A DNA stretch of 64,000 bases from positions 352,001 to 416,000 of the forward strand of contig CAWDYW010000003.1 of NCBI GenBank assembly GCA_963806855.1. The letters run 5' to 3'. The first letter of the stretch is position 1. Every line of letters starts with the position of its first letter. The notes beneath the pieces are model-generated. The model was not told the DNA's origin. It searched no databases and saw nothing but the letters and a program-made list of their open reading frames with translations. The stretch is from an uncultured Verrucomicrobiae bacterium. GTDB lineage: Bacteria > Chlamydiota > Chlamydiia > Chlamydiales > Rhabdochlamydiaceae. A program made the translations under genes and the position numbers. Below are positions 63,063-64,000 of this stretch, piece after piece.

Positions 63063-64000
63063 ATGAACCATATATCATTTGATCCAGTATCTTTATTTTG
63101 GAATCGGGGGATCAACGAACCTCCTCAGGGTGCTGATCAGCCCCAAAGTGAGCCCACCGAAGGCCGAATCTCTCGCTTATACAGGTCAATATTTTCGCCT
63201 TGCAGTTATAAAGAATACACCTTATCTGATGGCAGAAAATATAAAGGGGAATGGAAAGCCGGCAAGCCACATGGAAGAGGAATTCTTAGGCTTTCTAATG
63301 GTGCGGTCCTCTTCGGGAAATTCCATAATGGTGAAATACATGGAAATGGAAGCCTATTTTGTGAGGACGGCAAAACCTATTTTGGGGAATACCGAGATAG
63401 CAAGTTAAATGGGCAGGGAACTCTCTACTTTTCTAATGGCAATAAAGAATATGAAGGCGAGTTCAAAGATGGCCTTCGAAATGGACAGGGAACTCTCTAC
63501 TTTTCTGAGGGCGGTAAATATGAAGGCAAGTTCAAAGATGACAAGGGAAATGGACAGGGGATTATCTACGGTCCTAATGGCAATAAAGAATATGAAGGCG
63601 AGTTCAAAAATGACAAGCGAAATGGACAGGGGATTGTCTACGATCCTAATGGCACTAAACGATATGAGGGCGAGTTCAAAGATGACAAGTTTAATGGACA
63701 GGGGATTTTCTACGATCCTAATGGCACTAAACGATATGAGGGCGAGTTCAAAGGTGACAAGTTTAATGGACTGGGAATTCGCTACTATTCTGATGGCGCT
63801 AAATATGAAGGAGAGTTCAAAGATGGCCTTCGAAATGGACAGGGAACTTTTTACAACTCTAATGGCACTAAACTATATGAAGGCGAGTTCAAAGGTGACA
63901 AGTTTAATGGACGGGGAACTCGCTACTATTCTGATGGCGCTAAATATGAAGGAGAGTTCAAAGATGGCCGGCTAAATGGAAAGGGAATTTACTACTCTTC
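63063..64000 (+). CDS. MORN-repeat protein (runs off the window)
   Basis: Frame from ATG 63063, absent from the ORF track, gives repeated YEGEFKD/G..NGQG..Y..NG units of 23-24 aa. Confidence 0.92.
   Translation, partial: MNHISFDPVSLFWNRGINEPPQGADQPQSEPTEGRISRLYRSIFSPCSYKEYTLSDGRKYKGEWKAGKPHGRGILRLSNGAVLFGKFHNGEIHGNGSLFCEDGKTYFGEYRDSKLNGQGTLYFSNGNKEYEGEFKDGLRNGQGTLYFSEGGKYEGKFKDDKGNGQGIIYGPNGNKEYEGEFKNDKRNGQGIVYDPNGTKRYEGEFKDDKFNGQGIFYDPNGTKRYEGEFKGDKFNGLGIRYYSDGAKYEGEFKDGLRNGQGTFYNSNGTKLYEGEFKGDKFNGRGTRYYSDGAKYEGEFKDGRLNGKGIYYS

Noticed and set aside
63079..63975. ORF-track proteins 63079-63408 and 63409-63975
   Set aside because: Off-frame shadows of the MORN-repeat gene starting at 63063
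63400..64000. Periodic repeats as a CRISPR array
   Set aside because: Units are multiples of three, encode MORN motifs and have no unique spacers; no cas genes or array seen in the window

Overview
64 kb of bacterial chromosome that looks like an environmental Chlamydiae genome. The basis is gene content: stand-alone SWIB protein, UGP3-like pyrophosphorylase, ATS1-type G3P acyltransferase next to an insulinase, and an rne-plsX-rpmF block. The core backbone (truA, ispD, prfB, yebC, rne, plsX, rpmF, lpxB, pcnB, emrAB-tolC, mnmA, clpC, proS) is interrupted by accessory blocks. One is an AT-richer block after tRNA-Leu(CAA), carrying an intact IS605-type tnpA/tnpB element inserted in a Bro-N pseudogene. 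Another (47.6-57 kb) holds HicAB, two AAA/DUF4143 genes and two cargo segments flanked by long direct repeats of gene ends. The most notable feature is an unannotated 34-aa class I lanthipeptide-like precursor (acidic DLDL leader, Ser/Cys core) lying head-to-head with a very compact LanB dehydratase; no LanC is present in the window. There is also an ~800-bp cloverleaf palindrome and several families of short palindromic elements, one of them translated in frame in a protease signal peptide. Many genes, including essential ones, carry single-base frameshifts, mostly in homopolymers and probably sequencing errors. All calls come from reading motifs by eye; no searches were run.
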